A stretch of 64,000 bases of DNA from contig JANNVX010000106.1 in the NCBI GenBank assembly GCA_031414595.1, forward strand, positions 1-64,000. Direction: 5' to 3'. Source of the DNA: Deinococcales bacterium. Lineage in GTDB: Bacteria; Deinococcota; Deinococci; Deinococcales; JAAFIG01. The position numbers and the translations under genes were made by a program. Positions 20,215-29,741 of this stretch are shown in pieces (the first letter of the stretch is position 1; each line of letters opens with the position of its first letter). The notes under the pieces are model-generated. The model was given only the letters and a program-made list of their open reading frames with translations, did not search any database and was not told where the DNA came from.

Positions 20215-20817
20215 ATGAAAAAGCAAGTTTTATTGGCATTTGGAGCATTGGCATTAACCACCCTGATGAGCGCTCGAGGCGCAACCGAAGTTTGGAAAGT
20301 TGTGGAGCGCGATAACTTAAACATTGCGATTGCCGAATCAGAAACCGATGTCGAGAATTTCACGGCACGTACCAGCAAAATCAAAGGCACATTTAACTTT
20401 GACCGTGAAGCCAAAACAGGCACAGGCACAATTACTGTAGATGGGGCTTCGCTTGATACAGGTGTAGAAAGACGCAATCTTGATATGAAAACTGCCGCTT
20501 GGTTAAATTTTGAAAAAGAACCAGAAATTAAATTCCAAGCTACCAGAGTCCAATGGATGCGAAACAATGACTACCGAATTACTGGCACTTTTACCATGAA
20601 TGGTGTGACCAAAGCCATGATTACAGTTGCCACTCTTAAAGTCACCAACGCAAATGCCGCCACTGCCTCGGCGCGGATTGCAGGCGATTCATTAGCCCTA
20701 AACGCCAAATTCCCAATCAAACTTTCCGATTACAAAATTACCAACCCTAGCATTGCCGCAGGACGAGTTTCGGATACCTTAGACATCACAATCAAAGCCA
20801 TTGCCACCAATAAGTAA
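20215..20817 (+). CDS. YceI-family secreted protein
   Basis: Signal peptide; SLDTG...R..DM, P.I.F, ITGTFTMNGVTK and LSDYKI motifs; RBS AGGAGG. Confidence 0.85.
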   Translation: MKKQVLLAFGALALTTLMSARGATEVWKVVERDNLNIAIAESETDVENFTARTSKIKGTFNFDREAKTGTGTITVDGASLDTGVERRNLDMKTAAWLNFEKEPEIKFQATRVQWMRNNDYRITGTFTMNGVTKAMITVATLKVTNANAATASARIAGDSLALNAKFPIKLSDYKITNPSIAAGRVSDTLDITIKAIATNK

Positions 20818-20880
20818 GTTAGATAAAATACACACCAAGCAGCCGTACCTTAGTTATTCTTTTCATCTCTCGAGGAGATA

Positions 20881-21300
20881 ATGAACTTAGTTCGTTTCAA
20901 AACCACTTTTTTTGCGCTGGCAATCCTAGCAGGGATTTTGTTGGTTGGTAGTTTGGTTGCCTCGAGCCTCCTGCTGCGCGGCTCGGTTTATGCACAACTC
21001 GCCGAAAAACTCGAAGCTGCCGAATTATTTGGTGAAAACCAGAGCAATGTCTATATTGGCAGTCCACAAAAATTTCTTGCCTTACCCAGTCAAGCCTATA
21101 TGCAGGGTATTGGTGAAAAAGGCGCTCAGTTAATCAATAACGCTTACTTAAAGCAAAATGGAATTTATCCATTCCAAGTTAAAACCGTTGAATTTATTCG
21201 TAATGTGATTGCGATTTGTTCATTGCTCGGCGGGATTTTGATGCTTTCCTTGTGGGCAAGAGCCAATCGTTTAAGTCAACCAAAATCACAAATGGCTTAA
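20881..21300 (+). CDS. Hypothetical protein with two TM segments
   Basis: RBS GAGGAG, hydrophobic helices at both termini, terminator downstream. Confidence 0.7.
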   Translation: MNLVRFKTTFFALAILAGILLVGSLVASSLLLRGSVYAQLAEKLEAAELFGENQSNVYIGSPQKFLALPSQAYMQGIGEKGAQLINNAYLKQNGIYPFQVKTVEFIRNVIAICSLLGGILMLSLWARANRLSQPKSQMA

Positions 21301-21311
21301 TTTGTTTTCAG

Positions 21312-21341
21312 GATACCGTCGGTGTGCTTGCCGACGGTATC
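21312..21341 (+). terminator. Hairpin terminator
   Basis: Stem GATACCGTCGG / CCGACGGTATC. Confidence 0.6.
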
Positions 21342-21369
21342 TTAATTGAAAAACTGTTAGACTTTTGTC

Positions 21370-22344
21370 ATGAAAACCATTCGTTTTGGTGTCCTCGGCG
21401 CAGCAAAAATCAACAATGCTGTTATCCCCGCCATGCACAAAGCAAAAAACATTGAATGTGTCGCCATTGGCACACAAAACCCAGATAAAGCCCAAGCCCA
21501 AGCACAGCAACTCGAGGTTGGGCAAATCATGAGTTACGAGGCACTGCTTGAATCCGACATAGACGCGGTTTATATTCCGTTACCAAACCATTTGCATTTG
21601 CCTTGGGCATTAAAAGCACTTGAAGCTGGCAAGCATGTCTATGTCGAAAAACCAATGGGCTTAAACCCAATACAAGTCACGCAAATTCTCGAGTCTGCCA
21701 AAGCCAAGGGTTTACTGGCAATGGAAGGCTTTATGTACCGCCATCACCCACAATTTACCCGCGCCAAAGAAATTATAAATAGTGGTGTGCTGGGCGAAAT
21801 TCGTTTAATTCGTTCAAGTTTTTCTTTTATGCTCGAGCAACCCGAAAATATTCGTTGGGTGCGTTCTTTTGGTGGCGGCGCACTCTACGACCTTGGCTGT
21901 TACTGCATTAACGCCACGCTGTTACTGCTCGGGCAAACACCAACCCAAGCCGTGGCTCGAGCGCGAGTTGGTGGGGTTACAAAAAGTGAAGAATTTTCGG
22001 ATTTAACAAGTAGTGCCATCCTCGAGTTTGCTTCTGCCCAAGCGGTTTTTGAATGCTCGATTGCCATGCCAAACCGTCAGCACCTCGAGATTGTTGGTTC
22101 AAAAGGCATTTTGGAATTACCGCAATTTGTCCACCCAGCCCAAGAAATCGGTACTTTGGTGCTAAATGGGGCAACCGAAAAAACCGAACAAGCCAACCGT
22201 TACCAGCGTCTGCTCGAGCATTTTGCCGATGTGGTGAATGGTGAAGCTGCCCTAAAATTTGGGGCGGAAACCGACAGCACCAACCCACTCAACCAAGCCA
22301 AAACAATTGAAATGGTGCAACAAGCCATGGGGTACAAACTTTAA
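21370..22344 (+). CDS. Gfo/Idh/MocA oxidoreductase
   Basis: DAVYIPLPNHLH, GKHVYVEKP and GGGALYDLGCY motifs. Confidence 0.92.
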   Translation: MKTIRFGVLGAAKINNAVIPAMHKAKNIECVAIGTQNPDKAQAQAQQLEVGQIMSYEALLESDIDAVYIPLPNHLHLPWALKALEAGKHVYVEKPMGLNPIQVTQILESAKAKGLLAMEGFMYRHHPQFTRAKEIINSGVLGEIRLIRSSFSFMLEQPENIRWVRSFGGGALYDLGCYCINATLLLLGQTPTQAVARARVGGVTKSEEFSDLTSSAILEFASAQAVFECSIAMPNRQHLEIVGSKGILELPQFVHPAQEIGTLVLNGATEKTEQANRYQRLLEHFADVVNGEAALKFGAETDSTNPLNQAKTIEMVQQAMGYKL

Positions 22345-22346
22345 TC

Positions 22347-23336
22347 ATGCCAAAAATCGGGTTCTGGCTACTGATTCCAGTCTTGGCAGTGGCGTACTGG
22401 TTCTACCCTCGAGCCGAAGAAGCTGTTTTTAAGCCGCCGCCAGCCGCAAAACTCGAGCAGATGATGCAGGGCGCATTTGTGGCTGCTCGCTCTGCGATGC
22501 TGCAACTGCGTTCGTTGCAAGTTACCAAGGATGACCGTTTTTATTACAGCCGCACTGGACGAGCCAGTGGTTTTTTAATCTCCCAAGACGGCTTTGCTTT
22601 AACTGCTTATCATGCGGTGGTTGGCATAGATAAACTCGAGGTGCTGACCACCAAACAAGAATTACTACCCGCCCAAGTGATTGGTTTTGATGAATCCAGA
22701 GACTTGGCAATCATCAAAGTCAGGGCTGCCCGCTCACTCGAGTTTTTAGAACTAGACACAACCCAAGAAGCCAAAATCAACGACCCGATTGTAGAAGTCG
22801 GTAACAGTGGCAATGATTTTATTCAACCGCGTTACGGGGCAGTTCAAGGCTATCTTCAAAATGAAGAGTTGCTGATTCCGACCCGTTTAATGCTCTCGAA
22901 TGTTCCCATAGACCCCGGCGACTCTGGCGGAGCGGTGCTGAATTTTGTAGGAAAAGTGATTGGTGTGGGCATCGGCTATTCACAAGATGCCAAAAGCCGC
23001 GTTTCGTACCTCGTGCCGCTTTTTGGTTTACAACCGTGGCTTTTGCAAATGCAGCAAGGCGCAAAACTCGAGTTACCCGGCATTGGCATTCGGGTATCGC
23101 AGTCTGAACAAGCGGGTTTAGATGTTGACCTGATTAAAAAAGGCGGAGTGATGGAACGGGCTGGCATTCAACTCGAGCCACAATCAAAAACACGCTTACT
23201 CGAGTTGGATGGTTTAATCATGGACACACTGCGCGATTACCACCGAATCTTGAGACGTAAAAAAATAGGAAACAGTATAAAAGTGAAGCTCTGGCATGGA
23301 CAACAAGAAAAAATCTTAACGCTAAAACTTGAGTAA
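22347..23336 (+). CDS. HtrA/S1C trypsin-like serine protease with PDZ-like C-terminus
   Basis: SGF, LTAYH (His), DLA (Asp) and PGDSGG (Ser) motifs; N-terminal membrane anchor. Confidence 0.88.
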   Translation: MPKIGFWLLIPVLAVAYWFYPRAEEAVFKPPPAAKLEQMMQGAFVAARSAMLQLRSLQVTKDDRFYYSRTGRASGFLISQDGFALTAYHAVVGIDKLEVLTTKQELLPAQVIGFDESRDLAIIKVRAARSLEFLELDTTQEAKINDPIVEVGNSGNDFIQPRYGAVQGYLQNEELLIPTRLMLSNVPIDPGDSGGAVLNFVGKVIGVGIGYSQDAKSRVSYLVPLFGLQPWLLQMQQGAKLELPGIGIRVSQSEQAGLDVDLIKKGGVMERAGIQLEPQSKTRLLELDGLIMDTLRDYHRILRRKKIGNSIKVKLWHGQQEKILTLKLE

Positions 23337-23343
23337 CCTAAAA

Positions 23344-23386
23344 GTCACGTCACTCGAGAAGCCCAATGGTCATGTCACTCGAGCAG
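23344..23386. repeat. 18-bp imperfect duplication spanning the hemW stop codon
   Basis: GTCACGTCACTCGAGAAG (23344-23361) vs GTCATGTCACTCGAGCAG (23369-23386). Confidence 0.7.
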
Positions 23387-24481
23387 AAATTCAGAAACAA
23401 CTCGGTTCAAAACCCACCAACCCGCTTTTGTACAACGCACCGTATTCGCATCCCACTCGAGCCAGCCTTTACTGTCACAAACCGCAAAAGCTGTTGCAAA
23501 ATGGCTTTTGGCATCCAGTCCAGCGCGGCTTGAGAGTTCTTGAATGTTCAGACCTTGGCGCAGTCGCAAACCATTAAAAAGCGCATCGGTAATAAATTCG
23601 GCTCGAGAAATCAGTTCTTGCTCACCACGATTCCCCTCGAGCCAAGAATGCAAAAAGGGATTGGTACGACGCATGGCAATGTGGTGGGCTGATTCAAATG
23701 GGTAATGCCCAGCCGCTCCAGCCCCAAGTCCGTAATAAAATTGGTTTTGCCAGTAAGCAAGGTTGTGTTTGGATTCAAAACCTTTTTTGGCATGGTTAGA
23801 CACCTCGTAACGTTGCAAGCCAAACTCGGCTAACATCGGTTCGGCAGTCTCGAGCGCATGGGTTTCGGCTTCCTCGGTTACTTTAACCCCTTGCTTATAA
23901 AATGGTGTTCCTTCTTCAATCGTCAGGGTGTAACAAGAAATATGCTCCAACCCCAAAGCCCCAAGGGTAGCAATATCTTTGGCTAAATCCTGATTAGGAA
24001 CAGCCGTAATTAAATCGGCACTGACTGCAAACCCTGTGCTTTGCAAAGTCTCGAGGGCAGTTAAGGCTTGGCTGGCATTATGGGTACGTCCCAAAAATTT
24101 AAGCACTGCATCCTGTGTACTCTGCACCCCGACACTGACTCTGGTAAATCCTAAATCGCGCCAATGCCGCGCCCGAGCCGCATTGACTGTACCCGGATTG
24201 ACCTCGAGTGTGGCTTCAAGACTTGCCCAACCAAAGTGTTTTTGGATAATACCAGCCAATTCCTCGAGTTCAGCATCTCGCAAAAAAGAAGGTGTACCAC
24301 CACCAACATACAAGGTTTTTAGTGGAAACGCACCATGTTCTGCTACCAATTGGCTGGCATCTTGCTCGAGTTGATGTAAGTACGCTTCTACCAAACCATT
24401 TTTGCGTTTCAGAACATGAAAATCGCAGTACGGACAAATGGTTGGGCAGAATGGCACATGAACGTACAAATGCGGAATCAC
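23375..24481 (-). CDS. hemW: Radical SAM heme chaperone HemW
   Basis: YVHVPFCPTICPYCDF, GGGTPS, YEVSN and the HemW-type HNLAYW motif. Confidence 0.9.
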   Translation of the reverse strand: MIPHLYVHVPFCPTICPYCDFHVLKRKNGLVEAYLHQLEQDASQLVAEHGAFPLKTLYVGGGTPSFLRDAELEELAGIIQKHFGWASLEATLEVNPGTVNAARARHWRDLGFTRVSVGVQSTQDAVLKFLGRTHNASQALTALETLQSTGFAVSADLITAVPNQDLAKDIATLGALGLEHISCYTLTIEEGTPFYKQGVKVTEEAETHALETAEPMLAEFGLQRYEVSNHAKKGFESKHNLAYWQNQFYYGLGAGAAGHYPFESAHHIAMRRTNPFLHSWLEGNRGEQELISRAEFITDALFNGLRLRQGLNIQELSSRAGLDAKSHFATAFAVCDSKGWLEWDANTVRCTKAGWWVLNRVVSEFLLE

Positions 24482-24532
24482 AAGGCAGTTTAGCTCGAGA
24501 CAGAGGAAAGAGGAAGCGCGAATAGCCCAACA

Positions 24533-24600
24533 GCGACCCAGCCCCGTCAGGTGGCGTTTTAGCGACCCACGCCCGAAGCAGCCGTGTTTTTGGTCAAGAA
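24533..24600 (+). repeat. Two nested mini-element copies (B truncated, C complete)
   Basis: GCGACCCAGCCCCGTCAGGTGGCGTTTTA (24533-24561) followed directly by GCGACCCACGCCCGAAGCAGCCGTGTTTTTGGTCAAGAA (24562-24600). Confidence 0.8.
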
Positions 24601-24661
24601 GTGTTCGCCCTGTGACAGTTCATGTTTTGGAATTCCGCAAATCGGGAAGTTATTTCTGGAT
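24601..24661. repeat. 61-bp dispersed repeat (REP half plus flank), inverted copy of 53353-53413
   Basis: Its reverse complement matches 53353-53413 with one mismatch. Confidence 0.9.
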
Positions 24662-24724
24662 AAGTCTTTAGATGGGCTGTGTGTCACTCGTGCGTTTTTT
24701 GCTTTTAAGGCAGAATACACGGCG

Positions 24725-25078
24725 ATGAAACTGACTTTTACTCGAGCGCTGCTGATTCTTGCGCTTGTCATTCCAAGTGTGTTGATAGCTTGTGCGCCGC
24801 CAAACGAAGCCTTGGCAAAAGCCACAGCTTTTCATCCCGAAGGCAGGGCATTGTTTGAACAGTACAATTGTATGCGTTGCCATGATGGTGGGGTCGGTGG
24901 CTACGGCAAGAAAATGATTGACAATCCGCGTTTGCGAGATTTAGCTTATATCAAAGCGCGGATTATCGAAGGCAAAGACCTTGGGGCGGCAAAAATGCCA
25001 GCTTATCCAGACATGCCTAAAAAAGACCTTGAGGCAATTGCCTCGTTTGTGCAAGCCCTGGCTGGTTGGGAGAAATAA
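24725..25078 (+). CDS. Monoheme cytochrome c lipoprotein
   Basis: Lipobox LIAC, CMRCH heme motif and distal KMPAY Met. The longer ORF start runs through repeats. Confidence 0.88.
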   Translation: MKLTFTRALLILALVIPSVLIACAPPNEALAKATAFHPEGRALFEQYNCMRCHDGGVGGYGKKMIDNPRLRDLAYIKARIIEGKDLGAAKMPAYPDMPKKDLEAIASFVQALAGWEK

Positions 25079-25080
25079 AT

Positions 25081-25464
25081 ATGACTTTAGAAGAACGTTA
25101 CAAACATTCAGAATGCCGTAGTTTAGAACAGATTTTTCCAAACCAAACCAATCCCAATGGCACAGCTTTTGGCGGTCATATTGTTTCGATTATGGACAAA
25201 GTAGCAGGTTTTGCGGCAGGGCGTTTTAGTGGTGGCTCAGTCGTGACCGCCAGCATGGACAAAGTGGATTTTAGAATCCCGATCAAAATGGGCGAAGTCA
25301 TAGAAGTGATTAGCCGTGTTGAATCGGTTGGGCGCACCAGTATGCGAATTAGGGTAGATGTACAAAAAGTCATGCCAGACGACTCGAGCCTTGTGACCAG
25401 TGGGCATTTTACGTTTGTGGCAATTGACTCGAGTGGTAAACCGCGTCCTGCGGTTCGAGAATGA
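25081..25464 (+). CDS. Hotdog-fold acyl-CoA thioesterase
   Basis: P..TNP.GTAFGG, VVTAS.D.VDF, VGRTSM and FTFVAID..GKP motifs. Confidence 0.92.
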   Translation: MTLEERYKHSECRSLEQIFPNQTNPNGTAFGGHIVSIMDKVAGFAAGRFSGGSVVTASMDKVDFRIPIKMGEVIEVISRVESVGRTSMRIRVDVQKVMPDDSSLVTSGHFTFVAIDSSGKPRPAVRE

Positions 25465-26108
25465 ATTTTCCAGCCCCACTTAAAATCTGTTTGGTACGCC
25501 ACGGTGTAACCGACTGGAATCTTGAGGGGCGTTGGCAGGGCTGGTCAGATACCCCTCTGTCTGAATTAGGTGCAGAACAGGCTTGGAAATTACGCACTCG
25601 GCTCGAGGATAAACACTTTGATCGGGTCTACTCGAGCGACCTGATTCGGGCATTGGACACTGCCCGACTATCGGGTTTTGAGCCGCACCCAGATGCCAGA
25701 TTGCGCGAACTCAACTTTGGGGTTTTTGAAGGTGGGAATAACAGCGAAAATGCCAAGCATCCAGAATTTGCAGCTTGGATACAAGACCCAGTAAACCGTG
25801 CCGCGCCACTTGGCGAAAGTTACGCCAGTCTTCGCGCCCGTGCCATGCACTGGCTCGAGAATCTGCCCGAAAGCGGTCAGGTTCTGGCGTTCTCGCATGG
25901 TGGTTTAATTCAAGTTTTAACTTGTGGGCTACTCGAGTTAAACCCCTTGGCTGCCCCGAGAATTTGGCGTTTACGCATCACCCATGCCAGTATTACGGTT
26001 CTGGAAAAGCATTGGACCCCAACAGGCGCAGTTTGGATGCTCGAGCGCTTAAATGACACAGCGCACTTAGAGCCTTTGGGTGGGGCATTTTATTCGGCGA
26101 CAACATAG
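25461..26108 (+). CDS. Histidine phosphatase (phosphoglycerate mutase family)
   Basis: LVRHG.T.WN, SSDL.RA, RE..FG, SHGG and LND..HL motifs. Confidence 0.92.
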   Translation: MNFPAPLKICLVRHGVTDWNLEGRWQGWSDTPLSELGAEQAWKLRTRLEDKHFDRVYSSDLIRALDTARLSGFEPHPDARLRELNFGVFEGGNNSENAKHPEFAAWIQDPVNRAAPLGESYASLRARAMHWLENLPESGQVLAFSHGGLIQVLTCGLLELNPLAAPRIWRLRITHASITVLEKHWTPTGAVWMLERLNDTAHLEPLGGAFYSATT

Positions 26109-26111
26109 AAA

Positions 26112-26150
26112 CTATGAGCTTTGAGCTTTGAGGTTTCTAGCCCATAGCTC
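26112..26150. repeat. Heptamer repeat (CTWTGAG)x3 with an inverted unit
   Basis: CTATGAG CTTTGAG CTTTGAG, then CATAGCTC at 26143-26150. Confidence 0.65.
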
Positions 26151-26233
26151 TCTTCTACCCATTCTTTAGTTAAGTGAATTGAGACCTTGTTTTGTGCTAC
26201 GGTTTTATAGCTGTACCTTCAGGAGGAAATACT

Positions 26234-27049
26234 ATGACATTAAATGAACTACTCGGCTCGGTTGTCAACCAACTTCAAAACGATCAACAGGATATTAACG
26301 GGGCTGACCCCAGCAACCCAGCGCATGGGACGAAACTGCTCGAGAAATTTAAGGCAGCCCAAGCCGCCGCCTCGAGTGACCCAACAGCCGATTTAGGACA
26401 AGTTTTTGGTCAGGTCTCCCAAGCCATCGCAGGTTCGGCTGGCACAAATGGTTTTACCGCTAAAGCCTACGGTGATGCTTTCTCGGAAGGCGCTCAGGCG
26501 TTTGCTGGGCGTAACAATAGTTTAAGTGCTAATGACCTTGGTCCAATTATTGGAATGCTGACCAATGGTTTTGCTAAGCACGATACAAGGGGTGCAAATG
26601 CCGCCGGTCCACTAGGGGCGCTTGCGCCACTCTTGGGTTTACTTGGGGGCAACGCTGGTGGCGGTTTAGACATTGGTAAAATTGCTGGAATGCTGATGGG
26701 TGGCGGGGCTGGCAACATTGTCGGGATGCTCGGCGGACTGCTTGGCGGTGGCAACCAACAACAACAACAAGGCGGCGGCTTAGGCGGCTTACTTGGTGGC
26801 TTGCTTGGCGGTGGACAACCGCAGCAACAACAAGCCCAACAAGGTGGCGGTCTGGGCGGAATGCTTGGTGGTTTACTCGGTGGTGCATTGGGCGGTGGCG
26901 GACAACAAGCGGGCAATCCATTAGGTGCATTGCTTGGTGCTGTTACCCAAGGCGCACAAGTCACTAATGCCAATGGTCAACGTGACGCAGGGGCAGTCAG
27001 TACAGGCAGTGTTTTAACGGGTTTACTTGGCGCGTTAATGAAGGGCTAA
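26234..27049 (+). CDS. Hypothetical protein: DhaL/DAK2-like termini with Gly/Leu and poly-Gln repeats
   Basis: Strong RBS AGGAGG, GGLLGG repeats and a downstream terminator. The domain resemblance is by eye. Confidence 0.75.
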   Translation: MTLNELLGSVVNQLQNDQQDINGADPSNPAHGTKLLEKFKAAQAAASSDPTADLGQVFGQVSQAIAGSAGTNGFTAKAYGDAFSEGAQAFAGRNNSLSANDLGPIIGMLTNGFAKHDTRGANAAGPLGALAPLLGLLGGNAGGGLDIGKIAGMLMGGGAGNIVGMLGGLLGGGNQQQQQGGGLGGLLGGLLGGGQPQQQQAQQGGGLGGMLGGLLGGALGGGGQQAGNPLGALLGAVTQGAQVTNANGQRDAGAVSTGSVLTGLLGALMKG

Positions 27050-27062
27050 AATTTTGTACTCG

Positions 27063-27092
27063 AGCCTCACGCTTTTGGCGTGAGGCTTTTTT
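27063..27092 (+). terminator. Rho-independent terminator
   Basis: AGCCTCACGC / GCGTGAGGCT stem followed by a T-run. Confidence 0.8.
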
Positions 27093-27146
27093 ATTGAGAA
27101 ATTATTTTCAACAACGTGCAGAACGATTATTTTATGCTAGGCTTCT

Positions 27147-27174
27147 AAATACCTGAGTAAATGCTCAGATGTTT
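27147..27174. promoter_or_regulatory. Putative ArsR/SmtB-type metal operator
   Basis: Inverted repeat CTGAG-TAAATG-CTCAG between a TATGCT/TAGGCT box and the AAGGAG RBS of the ATPase. Confidence 0.5.
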
Positions 27175-27186
27175 AAGGAGAAACCC

Positions 27187-29382
27187 ATGACCCCAACCAT
27201 TATCCCAGACCTCGAGTACCGTGTTTCTGGAATGGACTGCGCCAATTGTGCCAAAAAAATTGAGAACTTACTCGAGAAAACCCCCGGTGCAAGCCAAGCC
27301 AAAGTTAATTTCACTACCGAGACGCTGCGCCTAACTTTAGATGAGCAATTAACCCCACGCAGTAAACTCGAGGCGAACCTTAAAGCCCTTGGCTATCCCT
27401 CAACCCTAAAAGTTGCGGTTGTTGAATCCACCAATGATTCTGGTCATGGAATATCTGGACACGACCATGACCACGATGCGGCTGCTCATGTCCATGCACC
27501 CGAAGAAAATGTGCCTTGGTATGCCACTCGAGCCTCCAAACTGGTTTTCTTAACAGGTGGTTTGTTACTTGCTGCTTGGCTTTTTGGGAGTTTTGCACCA
27601 GAGCTTGCTGTTTATGGTTATATCGCAGCGACTGTGGTGGGGGCGATCCCCTTGGCACGTCGGGCATGGGCGGCAACTCGTTTTGGTAATCCGTTTACGA
27701 TAGAAACCTTGGTCAGTCTGGCAGCCATAGGTGCAATCGGTATTGGTGAAGCCCCTGAAGCCGCCGTGGTGGTTTTTTTCTTTATGATTGGTGAATGGCT
27801 TGAGGGTATCTCGGCGGGTCGCGCTCGGGCGGGCATCAAAGCCCTAGCAGCCCTCACGCCAAAAACAGCTTTGGTCATTGAGGCTGAACAGACCAATGAA
27901 ATTCCAGCCGAGAACTTAAAAGTTGGGCAATTGGTGTTGGTGCAGCCCGGTTCTCGAGTTCCATGCGATGGGATTATAGAAACGGGTTTCTCGAGTTTAG
28001 ATGATTCGCCAGTCACGGGCGAGAGTATGCCAGTCAACAAAAAAGTTGGTGATGCTGTTTTTGCGGGTAGCATCAATGGCGATGCTGCCCTAAAAATCCG
28101 AGTGACTAAGACAGCAGCCGACAACACGATTGCTAGAATTATTAAACTGGTCGAAGAAGCCCAAGACGGCAAAGGCAACACAGCGCGGTTTATAGACCGA
28201 TTTAGCCGTTGGTGGACTCCAGGTGTGCTGCTGGTCTCGAGTCTGGTAGCAATTTTACCACCACTTTTTGGGGCTGGAACGTGGAATGAATGGATTTACA
28301 AAGGCGTGAGCTTACTGCTGATTGGTTGTCCGTGTGCTTTGGTGTTGTCTGTGCCAGCCGCGATTACTTCTGGACTCTCGAGCGGGGCTAGGCGTGGCTT
28401 ACTGATTAAAGGCGGGGCAGCCCTCGAGAATATCGGGAGTGTAAAAACCATTGCTTTTGATAAGACTGGCACATTGACCGCAGGTAAACCAGTTGTGACC
28501 GATGTGTTTGCTTTTGGTCTTGAAAAACCCGAGATGCTGCGTTTAGCCGCAGGAGTTGAACAAAGCAGTTCGCATCCGCTTGCCAAAGCGATTCTCGAGT
28601 ATGCCAAAACCCAAAGTATTGTTGTACCAGCCAGCACAAACGCCCGAGCCATTCAGGGCAAAGCGGCGGTTGCCACCGTGGAAAACCGTGAATTTGCGGT
28701 GGGCAGCCCCAAATATGCAGCCGAACTTGCTCCACTCGAGCAGGCTTTGCAAACTCAGATTACTACCCTCGAGACTTCAGGTAAAACCGTGGTGGTACTC
28801 CTAGAAGGCAGTGCAGCCCTCGGCATTATTGCCATCCGCGATGAACCCCGCCCTGATGCCAAAGAAGCTATTGTCGAACTTAAAGCCCTTGGTATCTCGA
28901 GTATCATGCTAACTGGCGATAATGCCCGCACAGGCAAAGCGATTGCTGATGGTCTTGGTTTAGAAGTCAAAGCCGAACTGCTGCCCGAAGATAAACTCGA
29001 GTTGATTACGCAGTACGCTGCTAATGGAAAAATTGCCATGATTGGCGACGGCATTAACGATGCCCCAGCCCTTGCCAAAGCCGATGTTGGTATTGCTATG
29101 GGCGGAGGCACAGATGTGGCGCTCGAGACGGCTGATGCGGCTATTCTGCGCTCCAATGTGACTGGTGTGGTGGATTTGGTGCAACTCTCGAGGGCGGTGA
29201 TGGGTAACATTCGCCAGAACATTGGTTTTGCACTGGGCTTAAAAGCCATTTTCCTAGTCACGACTTTATTTGGCTACACCAATCTGTGGATGGCAATTCT
29301 AGCCGATACTGGCGCTACCGCCATTGTCACGGCTAATGCACTGCGTTTACTGGCATTCAAACCAACTCGAGGTGAGAAATGA
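27187..29382 (+). CDS. Heavy-metal P1B-type ATPase (Zn/Cd/Pb, ZntA/CadA-like)
   Basis: GMDCANC metal-binding domain, His-rich linker, TGES, CPCAL, DKTGT, SSHP and GDGIND motifs. Confidence 0.95.
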   Translation: MTPTIIPDLEYRVSGMDCANCAKKIENLLEKTPGASQAKVNFTTETLRLTLDEQLTPRSKLEANLKALGYPSTLKVAVVESTNDSGHGISGHDHDHDAAAHVHAPEENVPWYATRASKLVFLTGGLLLAAWLFGSFAPELAVYGYIAATVVGAIPLARRAWAATRFGNPFTIETLVSLAAIGAIGIGEAPEAAVVVFFFMIGEWLEGISAGRARAGIKALAALTPKTALVIEAEQTNEIPAENLKVGQLVLVQPGSRVPCDGIIETGFSSLDDSPVTGESMPVNKKVGDAVFAGSINGDAALKIRVTKTAADNTIARIIKLVEEAQDGKGNTARFIDRFSRWWTPGVLLVSSLVAILPPLFGAGTWNEWIYKGVSLLLIGCPCALVLSVPAAITSGLSSGARRGLLIKGGAALENIGSVKTIAFDKTGTLTAGKPVVTDVFAFGLEKPEMLRLAAGVEQSSSHPLAKAILEYAKTQSIVVPASTNARAIQGKAAVATVENREFAVGSPKYAAELAPLEQALQTQITTLETSGKTVVVLLEGSAALGIIAIRDEPRPDAKEAIVELKALGISSIMLTGDNARTGKAIADGLGLEVKAELLPEDKLELITQYAANGKIAMIGDGINDAPALAKADVGIAMGGGTDVALETADAAILRSNVTGVVDLVQLSRAVMGNIRQNIGFALGLKAIFLVTTLFGYTNLWMAILADTGATAIVTANALRLLAFKPTRGEK

Positions 29383-29732
29383 ATTCTTTCAAGGAAAAAA
29401 TCCGTCCGCATATCGAAATAGAACTCAAAGAAGCCACAACCCTAGAAGCCGCAGGGCAATTAGAACAGGCTTTTAGGCATTTGGAACGCGCTCATGTGCT
29501 TGGACAAAAAGACACATACTGGCACGTTAAAATTCATCAAGAAATGCTGGCGTTTGCCACACGCCACAAGGATACTCGAGAAATGGCTGGGCAGTTATTA
29601 CGAATTGTTGGGGCTGCCAGTAAAACGCCACTTGGTATTTATCCAACAGGTAACACAGGCGGAGCAAATGTCAGTCCGATTCAACCCATGCCGATTGCAC
29701 AAGACTTGCAAACCATTCTGGATTTAATTTAA
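29379..29732 (+). CDS. DUF3703-like protein
   Basis: AFRHLERAHVLGQ, H...H and P.GNTGGANVS..QPMPI..DL motifs. Confidence 0.8.
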   Translation: MNSFKEKIRPHIEIELKEATTLEAAGQLEQAFRHLERAHVLGQKDTYWHVKIHQEMLAFATRHKDTREMAGQLLRIVGAASKTPLGIYPTGNTGGANVSPIQPMPIAQDLQTILDLI

Positions 29733-29741
29733 GGAGAACCC

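Noticed and set aside
23375-24481. HemN coproporphyrinogen dehydrogenase
   Set aside because: The short N-terminus and HNxxYW motif indicate HemW.
24584-24724. N-terminal extension of the cytochrome c ORF, and the short ORFs 24559-24825, 53107-53415, 53144-53542 and 25-294
   Set aside because: They read through the REP/mini-element repeats. The shared peptide text reflects DNA repeats, not proteins.
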